DNA of 36,554 nt from Patescibacteria group bacterium UBA2100 (GCA_002331185.1 DCYW01000039.1:1-36554), one strand, 5' to 3'; counted from the stretch's first letter, positions 8,921 through 18,551 are shown. Made by a program: numbers and translations. Notes: a model not told the origin generated them from the sequence alone.

Positions 8921-9232
8921 ATGTTGAAAGACGCTCAAAAAAGTGTGGACGATCTCGTTAAAGGACTTGAGCCTCCGTACTGGCCGCCGCTTTCACAATT
9001 TGCACGCCTTAGTGAAGAGGTGAGGGAGGTCGCACGACTTCTTAACCATATGTATGGGCTGAAGCCAAAGAAAAAAGAAGAGGCCGAGCAACAACTTGGA
9101 GAAGAACTGGCTGACGTACTCTTCACTGTCGTATGCCTTGCTAACTCCCATAACATCGACCTTGATATCGAATTTGAAAAAGCACTCGATAAATTACGAG
9201 TGCGTGATAAAGATAGGTTTGTTAAGAAATAA
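8921..9232 (+). CDS. MazG-like NTP pyrophosphohydrolase (YpjD-like, single domain)
   Basis: ARLSEEVREVAR..NHMYGLKPKK..EELADVLF..CLANS..RDKDRF pattern; ATG 8921 follows TATACT. Confidence 0.88.
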   Translation: MLKDAQKSVDDLVKGLEPPYWPPLSQFARLSEEVREVARLLNHMYGLKPKKKEEAEQQLGEELADVLFTVVCLANSHNIDLDIEFEKALDKLRVRDKDRFVKK

Positions 9233-9233
9233 T

Positions 9234-9701
9234 ATGCAATCAACACTATTTATATTCACTGGATTACCAGGTACAGGGAAAACTACTTATGCCAAAACTC
9301 TCGCAGTAGATACTCACGCGAAACTATTCTCACTTGATTCAGAAATGCACAAGCGCTACGGGGACGACGACCACGTTGATCTTGAAATTCGCGAGCAGGC
9401 AACTAAAGATGAACTTCTTCCTGAAATACAATCCTTGCTCTCAGCTGGCACTTCGGTAATACTCGATTACGGATTTTACAAGCAAAAAGAACGGGAGAAA
9501 TATAAGCAAATCGCTGAACACATCGGCGTACCTTCGAGAATAATGTATTTCGCAGCGCCCTACGAAACACTTTTGGAGCGAATAGGGAAGAGAAATGAGG
9601 AAGAAGATAACATTCACCATATTGATAAAGAGATTTTAGATATTCTCATCGAAAGATATGAAATTCCTGAATCTGAATCTGTTGAGATAATCGAAACTTA
9701 A
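9234..9701 (+). CDS. P-loop kinase / AAA_33-type ATP-binding protein
   Basis: FTGLPGTGKTTYAK Walker A, SVILDYGF, LLERIGKRN lid; ATG 1 nt after the MazG stop. Confidence 0.85.
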   Translation: MQSTLFIFTGLPGTGKTTYAKTLAVDTHAKLFSLDSEMHKRYGDDDHVDLEIREQATKDELLPEIQSLLSAGTSVILDYGFYKQKEREKYKQIAEHIGVPSRIMYFAAPYETLLERIGKRNEEEDNIHHIDKEILDILIERYEIPESESVEIIET

Positions 9702-9707
9702 AAATTG

Positions 9708-9939
9708 GAAAACAAGATGCAGAACGAGGCGTGTGCGTAAAATTAAAAGAACTGTATTGAACATACAGTTCTTTTAATTTTATGTAACACAACAAAGTGC
9801 TGTGCTTGTTTTCGCAGTTTCCTCTAAAAATTAGATGTAGTTCAAGGAGTGAACACACGTCAAACGAACCATATCGTGCATATGGAGAGTGCAGACGCGT
9901 AGTGAAACGACGAAGAAATGCGCTAATTTTGAAAGAAAC
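9708..9939 (+). repeat. Two tandem diverged ~105-120 nt hairpin elements (118-nt period)
   Basis: 9709-9733 vs 9827-9851 match at 18/25 positions; closing stems aaaacaag/cttgtttt and aaaattag/ctaatttt covary; copy 1 contains a perfect 20-bp stem (9738-9757 / 9763-9782). Confidence 0.8.
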
Positions 9940-9940
9940 A

Positions 9941-10999
9941 CTAGAAGGGGTTCTTCGCACCACGTATCTCAAAGTGAACGTGTGGTCCCGTTGACCGTCC
10001 TGTCGAACCTATATATCCGATCACTTGTCCTTGTACGACATTCTGTCCTACAACCACTTGGTTTCGCGAGTTATGTGAGTACAATGTTTGTGTCCCATTC
10101 GGGTGTTCTATAACAATATATGTTCCATATCCTCCATTCCATCCACCTTCTTTTGAGATAATTACTTTTCCTGCTGCTGCTGCAAGAATCGGAGTGCCTG
10201 CAGCCACGGCAAGATCAACCGCGTTATATCCATGAATACCTTGAGTACGTGTTCCTCCTGAAATAGGTCGTAAGTAATATCCACTAAACTCTGGAACGTT
10301 TGTTCCCCGTGGTGCTGAAGTCGTTCGTGTATACCTACTTTGTGCTGCTTTTACTGCTGCTTTCGGCATTGCTAATTCACCATCTGGGATAATCACTTCA
10401 GTTCCTGCGGCTAAATATTCCTTCGCTCCAAATCCATTATATTCAACCGCTTCATCAATATCACCGCCATTTTTGTCAATAATATCTTGTAGAGTTCCAC
10501 CATTTTTTACTGTGTATTTAATCCCAGTCACTGGTAAAATGAGCAATTCCTGACCAGGCTGTATCGCTTCACTACGCGAAATGTCATTACTCCAGCGAAT
10601 TGTATTTATAGACACGTCAAACATTTCTGCAATGTCACCGAGGGTATCTCCTGGACGAACAATGTAAATACTAATCTGTCCGTTATTATTGTAAGAGTTG
10701 TCTTCTTCGACGTCTGCAAGAGAACCTGCTGGGCCAGATGCTGGTAAAAGTGCTGAGTCATTCACAATTGTTATATCTCCTCCACCTTTTGATGGGTTTG
10801 GGTCAATATTCTGAGCAGCTCGAGGAAGAGGGATAGTTTGTGAATTGTAAGTAGTATTTGCAATGTACGCGAGTGTCGGAGAAAACGTAGCAAAAACACT
10901 GCTCAAGAGACCCGCGTGTACTCCGGTTGGAAAAATCATCGATATCACGACCACAGGAAACGCGACATTACGCCACATTGTGGTTGATATTTTTGTCAT
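9941..10999 (-). CDS. LysM-domain M23 family peptidoglycan endopeptidase
   Basis: Signal peptide (..GVHA), two LysM repeats (YIVRPGDTLGDIA, YTVKNGGTL), M23 motifs HGYNAVD, YSH, STGPHVHFE. Start uncertain (10999 or 10978). Confidence 0.92.
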   Translation of the reverse strand: MTKISTTMWRNVAFPVVVISMIFPTGVHAGLLSSVFATFSPTLAYIANTTYNSQTIPLPRAAQNIDPNPSKGGGDITIVNDSALLPASGPAGSLADVEEDNSYNNNGQISIYIVRPGDTLGDIAEMFDVSINTIRWSNDISRSEAIQPGQELLILPVTGIKYTVKNGGTLQDIIDKNGGDIDEAVEYNGFGAKEYLAAGTEVIIPDGELAMPKAAVKAAQSRYTRTTSAPRGTNVPEFSGYYLRPISGGTRTQGIHGYNAVDLAVAAGTPILAAAAGKVIISKEGGWNGGYGTYIVIEHPNGTQTLYSHNSRNQVVVGQNVVQGQVIGYIGSTGRSTGPHVHFEIRGAKNPF

Positions 11000-11239
11000 C
11001 TGAACCTTCACGTAAGTACGTAAACTGGGGTCAGAATCTTGATCTATAGATAAAATAAGCCTAATTAATGCGCCCGTACTATTCTTATACGGCATAGGGT
11101 TCCGCACCAGTCGCAAACCCCCTATATAACACTGTAACCACTACGAACGAGTTCGCAATAGCTCATTTATACTACTGTGGATAGACTCAGAGTCAAGCAT
11201 TCTTCGTAGCCGGAGTGTGTCGTGGTATAGTGCCTATTC

Positions 11240-13186
11240 ATGACGCATTTTGAACTCAATCCACAGCAAAAAGAGGCAGTTGCACACGACAGCGGCCCTC
11301 TTATGATTCTCGCTGGTGCTGGTGCTGGAAAAACAAGAGTCATCACGCAAAGAATCTTAGAATTGATTAAAAAAGGAACTCCTCCAGAAAAAATATTGGC
11401 AGTTACCTTTACCAACAAAGCGGCCAAAGAAATGCGCGAACGGGTGCTTGCCATGATAGATGCTGATGTTGAGATTAATCGCCCTGTTTCAGCACGGGCA
11501 ACAGGTCTTGCAAGTCCATATGTTTCAACATTTCACTCATTAGGGGTTTCTATACTCAGGGAGAATGCGAAAGAACTCGGCTTAAAGAGACACTTCACAA
11601 TATTCGATAGAGCAGATAGCGTACGTGCGATAAAAAATGCCCTGAAGCACCTCGGTCTTGATCCAAAACAATTTGAGCCACGTGCCATGCTAAGTGTTAT
11701 CTCTCGTCATAAATCAGATGGATTAAGTGCCGATACATACCAACCAGATATTGGTGACATAAAACGACACACACTCGGTAGAATCTGGAAAGAATATGAG
11801 GCGCGCTTAAAAAAAGAAGGAGCTCTTGATTTCGATGATTTGCTTTTGCGTACCTACATAGTACTCAGAGATAACGCAGCCGTTCGAGAACATTACCAAA
11901 AACGTTGGTCCCATGTGCATGTTGACGAATACCAAGACACAAACCGTGTTCAATTTGCTCTTACACAACTGCTCGTAGACGAAAAAGCAAACATTTGTGT
12001 TGTCGGTGATATCGATCAAAATATCTATTCGTGGCGAGGTGCGAATTTAGCAAACCTTTTAACATTCGAGGAAGAATTCCCTGGAACAAAGCTCGTACTT
12101 CTTGAGGAGAACTACCGATCAACCCAAAATATTCTTGCTGCCGCAAATATCATCATCGAAAAGAATGTAAAACGAAAAGACAAAACGCTCTATACAAAAA
12201 ACGAAGCAGGGGAGCTGCTTGGTTTATATAGTGCGTATAGCGAGGATGACGAAGCGCGGTTTATTGTGCAAACATCCCAAGAACGTATAGACGCTGGGGT
12301 TCCTCCGCGAGAAATTGCAGTGCTGTACCGAGCAAACTTTCAATCACGTGCACTTGAACAAGCATTTATGTTTAGAGGGATTCCGTACCAAGTGCTCGGG
12401 ACACGATTTTTTGACCGGAAAGAAGTGAAAGACGTACTAAGTTATATCCGAGCAGCGCTTAACCCAGACTCCCAAGGAGATATTGCCCGCATTGTGAGCA
12501 CACCCCCTCGCGGAATCGGTAAAATGACTCTTTCCAAAATGTTTGGAGGCACAGAACATGAACTTTCTCCAACACTACAAAAAAAGGTAGGTGCATTTAA
12601 AGCTATACTTAAAGCTATACGAGACAAGGCGTTATCAGAAAAACCTTCAGAAACCATTCGATTTACCGTACAAGCAAGCGGGCTGGAAATGAAATTACGT
12701 GGTGGAACAGAAGAAGATCGCGAACGCTTGGAAAATATAAAAGAACTTGCCACACTCGCCTCAAAATATGACGAGCTCCCTCCTGAAGAGGGTATCGAGA
12801 AATTACTTGAGGACGCGGCACTTGCCACAGACCAAGACTCTCTTGTAAAAAACCACAATGCAGTAAAACTTATGACAGTACACGCGTCTAAGGGTCTTGA
12901 GTTTGATTATGTATTCGTAGCTGGGCTTGAGGAGGGTCTCTTTCCGCACGAAAAACTTGACCAAAACACTGACGAAGAAGAAGAACGAAGATTATTTTAT
13001 GTAGCACTTACACGTGCTCGTAAAAAAGTTTTTCTTACACACGCAATTATTCGTAGCATATTTGGGTCTCAATCCATGCAAACAGCATCACAGTTTATTG
13101 ACGATATCAGCGAAGAATATATCGAAAACTCTGACGAAGACCGTACGCCACCACACGAAAGAAAAATGGATTTAATAGACTTCTAA
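11240..13186 (+). CDS. pcrA: ATP-dependent DNA helicase PcrA/UvrD
   Basis: LAGAGAGKTR, TFTNKAA, VDEYQDTN, QNIYSWRGA, ENYRST, TVHASKGLEF, EERRLFYVALTRA. Confidence 0.95.
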   Translation: MTHFELNPQQKEAVAHDSGPLMILAGAGAGKTRVITQRILELIKKGTPPEKILAVTFTNKAAKEMRERVLAMIDADVEINRPVSARATGLASPYVSTFHSLGVSILRENAKELGLKRHFTIFDRADSVRAIKNALKHLGLDPKQFEPRAMLSVISRHKSDGLSADTYQPDIGDIKRHTLGRIWKEYEARLKKEGALDFDDLLLRTYIVLRDNAAVREHYQKRWSHVHVDEYQDTNRVQFALTQLLVDEKANICVVGDIDQNIYSWRGANLANLLTFEEEFPGTKLVLLEENYRSTQNILAAANIIIEKNVKRKDKTLYTKNEAGELLGLYSAYSEDDEARFIVQTSQERIDAGVPPREIAVLYRANFQSRALEQAFMFRGIPYQVLGTRFFDRKEVKDVLSYIRAALNPDSQGDIARIVSTPPRGIGKMTLSKMFGGTEHELSPTLQKKVGAFKAILKAIRDKALSEKPSETIRFTVQASGLEMKLRGGTEEDRERLENIKELATLASKYDELPPEEGIEKLLEDAALATDQDSLVKNHNAVKLMTVHASKGLEFDYVFVAGLEEGLFPHEKLDQNTDEEEERRLFYVALTRARKKVFLTHAIIRSIFGSQSMQTASQFIDDISEEYIENSDEDRTPPHERKMDLIDF

Positions 13187-13187
13187 C

Positions 13188-13409
13188 ATGAAAATCGAGC
13201 TAGGGAGATATCGACATTTCAAAGGAGGGGAATATGAAGTTATTGGCACATGTCGCCACAGCGAAACGCTTGAAGAACATATTGTCTATCGTGCGCTGTA
13301 TGACAGCAAAGAATTTGGTAAAAATTCACTTTGGGTACGACCACTGCATTCATTTGTTGAAATTGTTACGTATAATGGCAAAAAAGTACCCCGTTTTAAG
13401 ACAATATGA
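13188..13409 (+). CDS. DUF1653-domain protein
   Basis: GRYRHFKGGEYEV..HSETLE..VYRALY..LWVRP..F..VPRF signature. Confidence 0.88.
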   Translation: MKIELGRYRHFKGGEYEVIGTCRHSETLEEHIVYRALYDSKEFGKNSLWVRPLHSFVEIVTYNGKKVPRFKTI

Positions 13410-14179
13410 AAGCAAAAAAACATCTAGGACAACATTTTCTAACTTCAAAACCAGTACTAAAGGATATGTTGACTGCCGCACAAATAACGAAAGATGACAC
13501 CGTTCTAGAAATAGGACCTGGGAAAGGCATGCTCACGCGAGCACTGCTTCAAGAAGGGGCAACCGTAATAGCGATTGAAACTGATGCTGCCATGATAGCG
13601 ATCCTTGGAGATGCATTCGACGACTATATACGAAACGGAAAACTCACTATTATTCATGAAGATGTACTTGGCCTGACGTTACGTAAGTATATTGCCACTG
13701 ATTACAAAATAGTTGCCAACATCCCTTATTACATAACGGGAGAAATCATTCGTCTTTTTTTAAGTGCAGACCACCCACCTCTAAGCATGACTCTGCTCGT
13801 TCAAAAAGAGGTAGCACATCGTATCGCGCGTGATACAAAGGAAAGTATATTGAGTATTTCAGTAAAAGTTTTTGGAGCGCCTCGGTACGTAGGAACTGTC
13901 GCGGCACGATATTTTAATCCTGCTCCAAAAGTTGATTCAGCCATTGTGCACATAGATACTATTTCAAAACAGTTCTTTGAAAATGTTTCTGAGGAGCATT
14001 TCTTTAAAGTAGTGAAAAACGGTTTTAGCAACAAGCGTAAGAAACTGGCAAACAATCTTGCTCCATTTGGTTCAAGGGAGAAAATTCTGAGTGTATTACA
14101 CGACTTAGGATTTGACGAAAACGCCCGAGCTGAAGAAATTCATGTAGACCAGTGGAAAGAATTGGCTTTATTATTATAA
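13406..14179 (+). CDS. rsmA: 16S rRNA m6,2A dimethyltransferase KsgA
   Basis: KKHLGQHFL, LEIGPGKG, VANIPYYIT, PAPKVDSA, RAEE. Confidence 0.96.
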   Translation: MKAKKHLGQHFLTSKPVLKDMLTAAQITKDDTVLEIGPGKGMLTRALLQEGATVIAIETDAAMIAILGDAFDDYIRNGKLTIIHEDVLGLTLRKYIATDYKIVANIPYYITGEIIRLFLSADHPPLSMTLLVQKEVAHRIARDTKESILSISVKVFGAPRYVGTVAARYFNPAPKVDSAIVHIDTISKQFFENVSEEHFFKVVKNGFSNKRKKLANNLAPFGSREKILSVLHDLGFDENARAEEIHVDQWKELALLL

Positions 14180-14191
14180 AGATGACAATCG

Positions 14192-14554
14192 TTAGCTCGT
14201 GCCCACCATCGTCATAATTATCCCAGGAAATACTACGAGAGGAAACGGAAAGACAATACAAAAATATGGCGGCCCGGCAAGACCGAGACCATACTGTCCA
14301 ACACTAGATGGTGGGCCGTTTTCGTATGTTCGCGTACTCGGTGTCCAAATAAAATTACCACCGCGTGGACCACTTGTTAGTGTCCAAATAACAGCATTGA
14401 AACAAGGAATTACTGTTTGGAATTGCCCGCCCCACTCAAATGCTTGCGCTTTCTGTGGAGTCGCTAAAAAAGACAATGATGTTGCTGTTAACAATATAAT
14501 GCCCACCATAAAAACAACGCTCTTTTTAGGAACATAATTACGTGTTCTGCGCAT
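14192..14554 (-). CDS. Small secreted hypothetical protein
   Basis: Signal peptide ending KAQA; Gly/Pro-rich mature part with 2 Cys; TGcTACTAT 6 nt before ATG 14554. Confidence 0.7.
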   Translation of the reverse strand: MRRTRNYVPKKSVVFMVGIILLTATSLSFLATPQKAQAFEWGGQFQTVIPCFNAVIWTLTSGPRGGNFIWTPSTRTYENGPPSSVGQYGLGLAGPPYFCIVFPFPLVVFPGIIMTMVGTS

Positions 14555-14603
14555 GCGCACATAGTAGCATCATTACACTATTCTAGTAGGGTATACTGTG
14601 CGT

Positions 14604-15518
14604 ATGGACCGCACTTTCCTCATAACGATTATTTTCGTGCTTGTTTTTATAATCGCAGTCATTCTGGGTGTTTCGGTATGGTTTTTACCACTTACAAGTG
14701 AAAAAAAAGTCACTCAAACAGATCCTGTATATTTTTCTTTTTCAAATACTGATACAGTATTTGAAAGTTTGCAGCAAGAACCACAAATAGAGTCAGCTAT
14801 CGTCAATTCACAATCTCCAGAGGAGCAAGGAGTGGCTCTACAGCAAATTATTCGGGCGTGGGAAGAGCGACCAGGTTCACCAAACTTTCGCACAGACTTC
14901 GAAACGTTCAGTGCCTCGAGCACAACAACAGAGAGTGAAGAGCTCTCATCTCTTTTTAAAACACTCATTGGCTCATCAGTACTTGACACATTGGCACAAC
15001 AAAATAAGACAGGCGAATTTGTAGATGAACTTCTCTGGAACGGTAATTACTCAAAAATAACCCCTGTTGTTTTAGCAGATGATACTTCAAAAACGCAAGA
15101 AGAATTTCGAATATTCGGTAATGAGCTCGCAACATTGCTTACCGCGTTCAATGTCTCCCAAGGAGATCAAACAAAACTTTTGACTGTTTTTATTGAAAAC
15201 CGAGAGAGTACTAAACAACTTGAACGACTCACTACTGGTTACTTACAGCTTGCAAGTGATATTGCAGATCTAGAGGTTCCCGAGCAGTTAAACAATATTC
15301 AAGCAGACTTAGTTTCATCGTATACGTTAGTAGGGGAATTATTGTGGAACCTTACTCTTGCAACTGACGATGAGAGTCTCATGGAAAGGATGTTGATATA
15401 TAACAGCGCATCTGAAAAAGTCGCTCGAGCACATATATCACTTGTAACTTTATTTAAATCATACGGGGTTGTATTTAAGAGCTATGAGCCAGGACGGATT
15501 TTTACGTTTTCCCTATAA
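14604..15518 (+). CDS. Membrane-anchored hypothetical protein (T4SS-locus associated)
   Basis: N-terminal TM helix; helical C-terminal domain similar to the next gene; TATACT 6 nt before ATG. Confidence 0.8.
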   Translation: MDRTFLITIIFVLVFIIAVILGVSVWFLPLTSEKKVTQTDPVYFSFSNTDTVFESLQQEPQIESAIVNSQSPEEQGVALQQIIRAWEERPGSPNFRTDFETFSASSTTTESEELSSLFKTLIGSSVLDTLAQQNKTGEFVDELLWNGNYSKITPVVLADDTSKTQEEFRIFGNELATLLTAFNVSQGDQTKLLTVFIENRESTKQLERLTTGYLQLASDIADLEVPEQLNNIQADLVSSYTLVGELLWNLTLATDDESLMERMLIYNSASEKVARAHISLVTLFKSYGVVFKSYEPGRIFTFSL

Positions 15519-15589
15519 ACTCCTGACGTGTCCCCAATTTGTAAGATTTTTTGAACACCTAATACGTCCTGTCTTGTTATACTATTAGT

Positions 15590-16498
15590 GTGTTTACTCA
15601 TTCGCACACGAGCGGCAAGATTATTGCTGCAACGCTATTCGGCGTTGTGCTACTAGCTTTTGCAGGATGGAAATTATTCTCTCAAAACCCACAGCCTGCT
15701 CGTGAGGATTTACCAACGACAACAGAGACTGGTATTAGTGGGTCTGATGAATACGCAGTCGACAGCGATGGTGATGGGGTAAAGGATTGGGAGGAAGTTC
15801 TTCTCGGCACCGATCCAAATAATCCTGACACAAACAACGACGGAATTCCTGATGGCGATGAATTGGCAGCAGCACGGAAAACATTTGAGGAAAATGTGGA
15901 CAATACACTCGCTAATGCAAGTACAACGAGAACGGATCAACTGGCTCGAGAAATTTTTGGAGCGTATATCCAATCGAAACAGCAAGGATCGTTCGATAGT
16001 GCTTCATTTGACGAGGTGATCGCCCAAGCAATTGAATCCCAATTTTCACAACGTGCGGCAACACAGTACGCCTTAAAGGACATTGAAACAACTACTGACA
16101 TATCGCAACCCAGAACACTTATGTATAGGGACCAGTTTCAACAAGCAATACTTCCTGTGACTCAAATCGGTGAGTATGAACTGATGACGTATGGACGTGC
16201 TATCGAATCAGGTGATGCTGCAGAATTTGAAAAACTTATCACTGCAGCTACTATATATGATGAAATCGCTCAAACTCTACTTACTATCATCGTTCCTGAA
16301 GATGCTGCTCAAGTCCACCTTGATTTAATAAACAGCTTTGCCACGTTTGCATCTATCTTAAAGACAATGACAAAAACTCCTGAAGATCCGTTGCTTACTT
16401 TTATAGCAACACGAGATTTCCTAGAAGGAGAGGATGCTATTAAGCTCGCATATAGCCAAATTGATATCTACTTCACATTAAAAGAAGGATCTTTATGA
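15590..16498 (+). CDS. Membrane-anchored protein with bacterial TSP3-type Ca-binding repeat
   Basis: N-terminal TM; DSDGDGVKDWEEVLLGTDPNNPDTNNDGIPDGDE; helical C-terminal domain. Confidence 0.82.
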   Translation: MFTHSHTSGKIIAATLFGVVLLAFAGWKLFSQNPQPAREDLPTTTETGISGSDEYAVDSDGDGVKDWEEVLLGTDPNNPDTNNDGIPDGDELAAARKTFEENVDNTLANASTTRTDQLAREIFGAYIQSKQQGSFDSASFDEVIAQAIESQFSQRAATQYALKDIETTTDISQPRTLMYRDQFQQAILPVTQIGEYELMTYGRAIESGDAAEFEKLITAATIYDEIAQTLLTIIVPEDAAQVHLDLINSFATFASILKTMTKTPEDPLLTFIATRDFLEGEDAIKLAYSQIDIYFTLKEGSL

Positions 16499-18549
16499 GA
16501 TACAAGGTAGCAACATACTTCATACTCTCTATTCTGATCGTAAGCACTCTGAATATTTCTGTTTCTTACGCGCAAACACCCTCGAGCATCGATTTACTTA
16601 CGAATGTGCTCGATCAACTGAACAATGCCACCAGTACTGATGCCATTCCCTCTGCTTCTGCAGGATTCTCGCGTGATGGTATTTATGGCTGTACAGGAGC
16701 AGCATATGGTGCGGTAGGTATGCAAGGACCCGGTGGTTCATATGTCCCCGTGTTTGATAGTGCAGTGCACGATCAACAACGTCTTCTTACGTATAAAGAA
16801 TGCCTTTTAGATGGCCTCGCAAGAAGTTGGCGTGAGGCTATCATTTCAGATATTGTTCGGCGAGTTGTTAGTTGGGCAAACACAGGCTTCGATGGCAACC
16901 CGGCATACATAACCAATCTTCCATTATACATGCTCGAGAATATCTCTGACCCAGTTGCTGAAAATTTCATTGTGGGAGCAAGTACAGAGACAATTGCAGA
17001 ACCGTATCGCAGAGATGTGCGCGTAGCACTCGCTCGAGGATATTCACAAGAAACTCGTGGCAGAGCTGAAAAATTAACTTGTGGAGTTTCTAGTGACACA
17101 ATTCGAGCATTCCAAAATGGTGATTTCTTTGGTGGTGGTGGCTGGTCTTCATTTGAAACAATTCTCTTCAATCCAGGATGCAATGCTACATTCGCTTATA
17201 TTAACGCACAAAATCAACTCACAGAATCTATCCTCTCAGCACAAGAACGAGAACAAACGCGGCTTAATTGGGGGAACGGATTTCGTACAGTTGAGACAAG
17301 CAGAACAATAGATTTAGGGGGTGGGGATACTACTAACGTGCGACGTGTGGTGACTCCAGGATTTATGATTGCCGAGAATTTGCGCCAAACTCTCGGTACC
17401 GGACTACGTCAATCTGAGAATGCTGATGAAATCGATGAAATCGTTTCGACGCTTATGTCAAATATTGGTGTCGAGTTTTTATCTGATGTTGAGGGATTCT
17501 CAGGTCTGCAACAATCATTCAATGGAGAAGCATCATATATTGATCGTCTGGCGCAAGAGTCCGCTGCTCGTGCACGCAGTAACATGACTGGTGTGAGTGC
17601 ATCTACAATAAATAACACCCTTCGTGTAGAACAAGACTACGCTCAAGCGCGTCAAGCTGCTGCAAATACACTTTCTAACGCTCGCCGACAACTTGAATCC
17701 TGGGAAAACACTTGTTGGATTGAAATAACAAAGCAAGCAACAATAGATTTAGCGGAAGAAGTTACAGATCAAGTGTGTGGGTTAAATGCTGCTAATACGT
17801 GCACAATTCCTGTTCAAACAACCGAAACTCTCGCAACCGATGCGGTTGATATCTCAACACCATCTGCCTCAACAATCATTGTAAAAGGAAGAGCATCAAC
17901 GAGCAGTTCTATCATTCAAGTCACTGCATCAACAGAGACGAATAGTGTAGCTTCAGTACAACCAACAGTAACTACCGACGGAAACTGGGCAACAAATGCT
18001 ATCGATCTTGCAACACTGCCAGACGGAACTATAACCGTAACCACAACCGAGACCCTCGCAAATGGAGGAGGTACATTTGCACCGATACTCTCACGTGTTA
18101 AAAAGACAACAACACCTACAGGAATTGTTCTCACTGTTCCCATTGAAAAACCAGCGGTAACTATTACTGCAACCGCGCGTAGCACGACACAGTCTGCAAC
18201 TCTCAACGTAAGTGCACAAGAATCACGACAAATAATCGATCAAAATATACAGCCAGTGCTTGACCTCATTAATGAAAATGTCGCACGTTCACTCAAGGCA
18301 CTCGAAGTACTTTCAAAAATTCAAAATGACCTCGAAAAAACATCGTCAGTCAGTGGACAACGCTTTGTCTTAGAAAAACTTGATGAGCTCATTGCATCTC
18401 GCGTACTACATACCGAAGCACAATTACGCCAAGCGATCGCACAAACTGAAGAAATCGAAGCGGCCATGCAACAATTGCTTGAAGAGACCAGAACTAACTG
18501 GGAAGACGGATGGTGTAAACCAGAGAACTGGGCGCAACATAAAATATAA
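16495..18549 (+). CDS. Large secreted hypothetical protein with an inserted Ig-like segment
   Basis: Signal peptide (VSYA-Q), 8 Cys, helical regions flanking a Thr-rich beta segment (DGNWATNAIDLATLPDGTITVTTTE); ATGA overlap with the upstream gene. Confidence 0.8.
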   Translation: MRYKVATYFILSILIVSTLNISVSYAQTPSSIDLLTNVLDQLNNATSTDAIPSASAGFSRDGIYGCTGAAYGAVGMQGPGGSYVPVFDSAVHDQQRLLTYKECLLDGLARSWREAIISDIVRRVVSWANTGFDGNPAYITNLPLYMLENISDPVAENFIVGASTETIAEPYRRDVRVALARGYSQETRGRAEKLTCGVSSDTIRAFQNGDFFGGGGWSSFETILFNPGCNATFAYINAQNQLTESILSAQEREQTRLNWGNGFRTVETSRTIDLGGGDTTNVRRVVTPGFMIAENLRQTLGTGLRQSENADEIDEIVSTLMSNIGVEFLSDVEGFSGLQQSFNGEASYIDRLAQESAARARSNMTGVSASTINNTLRVEQDYAQARQAAANTLSNARRQLESWENTCWIEITKQATIDLAEEVTDQVCGLNAANTCTIPVQTTETLATDAVDISTPSASTIIVKGRASTSSSIIQVTASTETNSVASVQPTVTTDGNWATNAIDLATLPDGTITVTTTETLANGGGTFAPILSRVKKTTTPTGIVLTVPIEKPAVTITATARSTTQSATLNVSAQESRQIIDQNIQPVLDLINENVARSLKALEVLSKIQNDLEKTSSVSGQRFVLEKLDELIASRVLHTEAQLRQAIAQTEEIEAAMQQLLEETRTNWEDGWCKPENWAQHKI

Positions 18550-18551
18550 GC

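Noticed and set aside
9708-9939. CRISPR array, tRNA, 6S or SRP RNA
   Set aside because: Only two diverged units, no identical repeats with spacers, no cas genes, and no cloverleaf or SRP GGAA-loop consensus
14199-14537. Plus-strand 112-aa ORF opposite the small secreted protein
   Set aside because: The minus-strand ORF has a signal peptide and a correctly spaced extended -10; this one has neither
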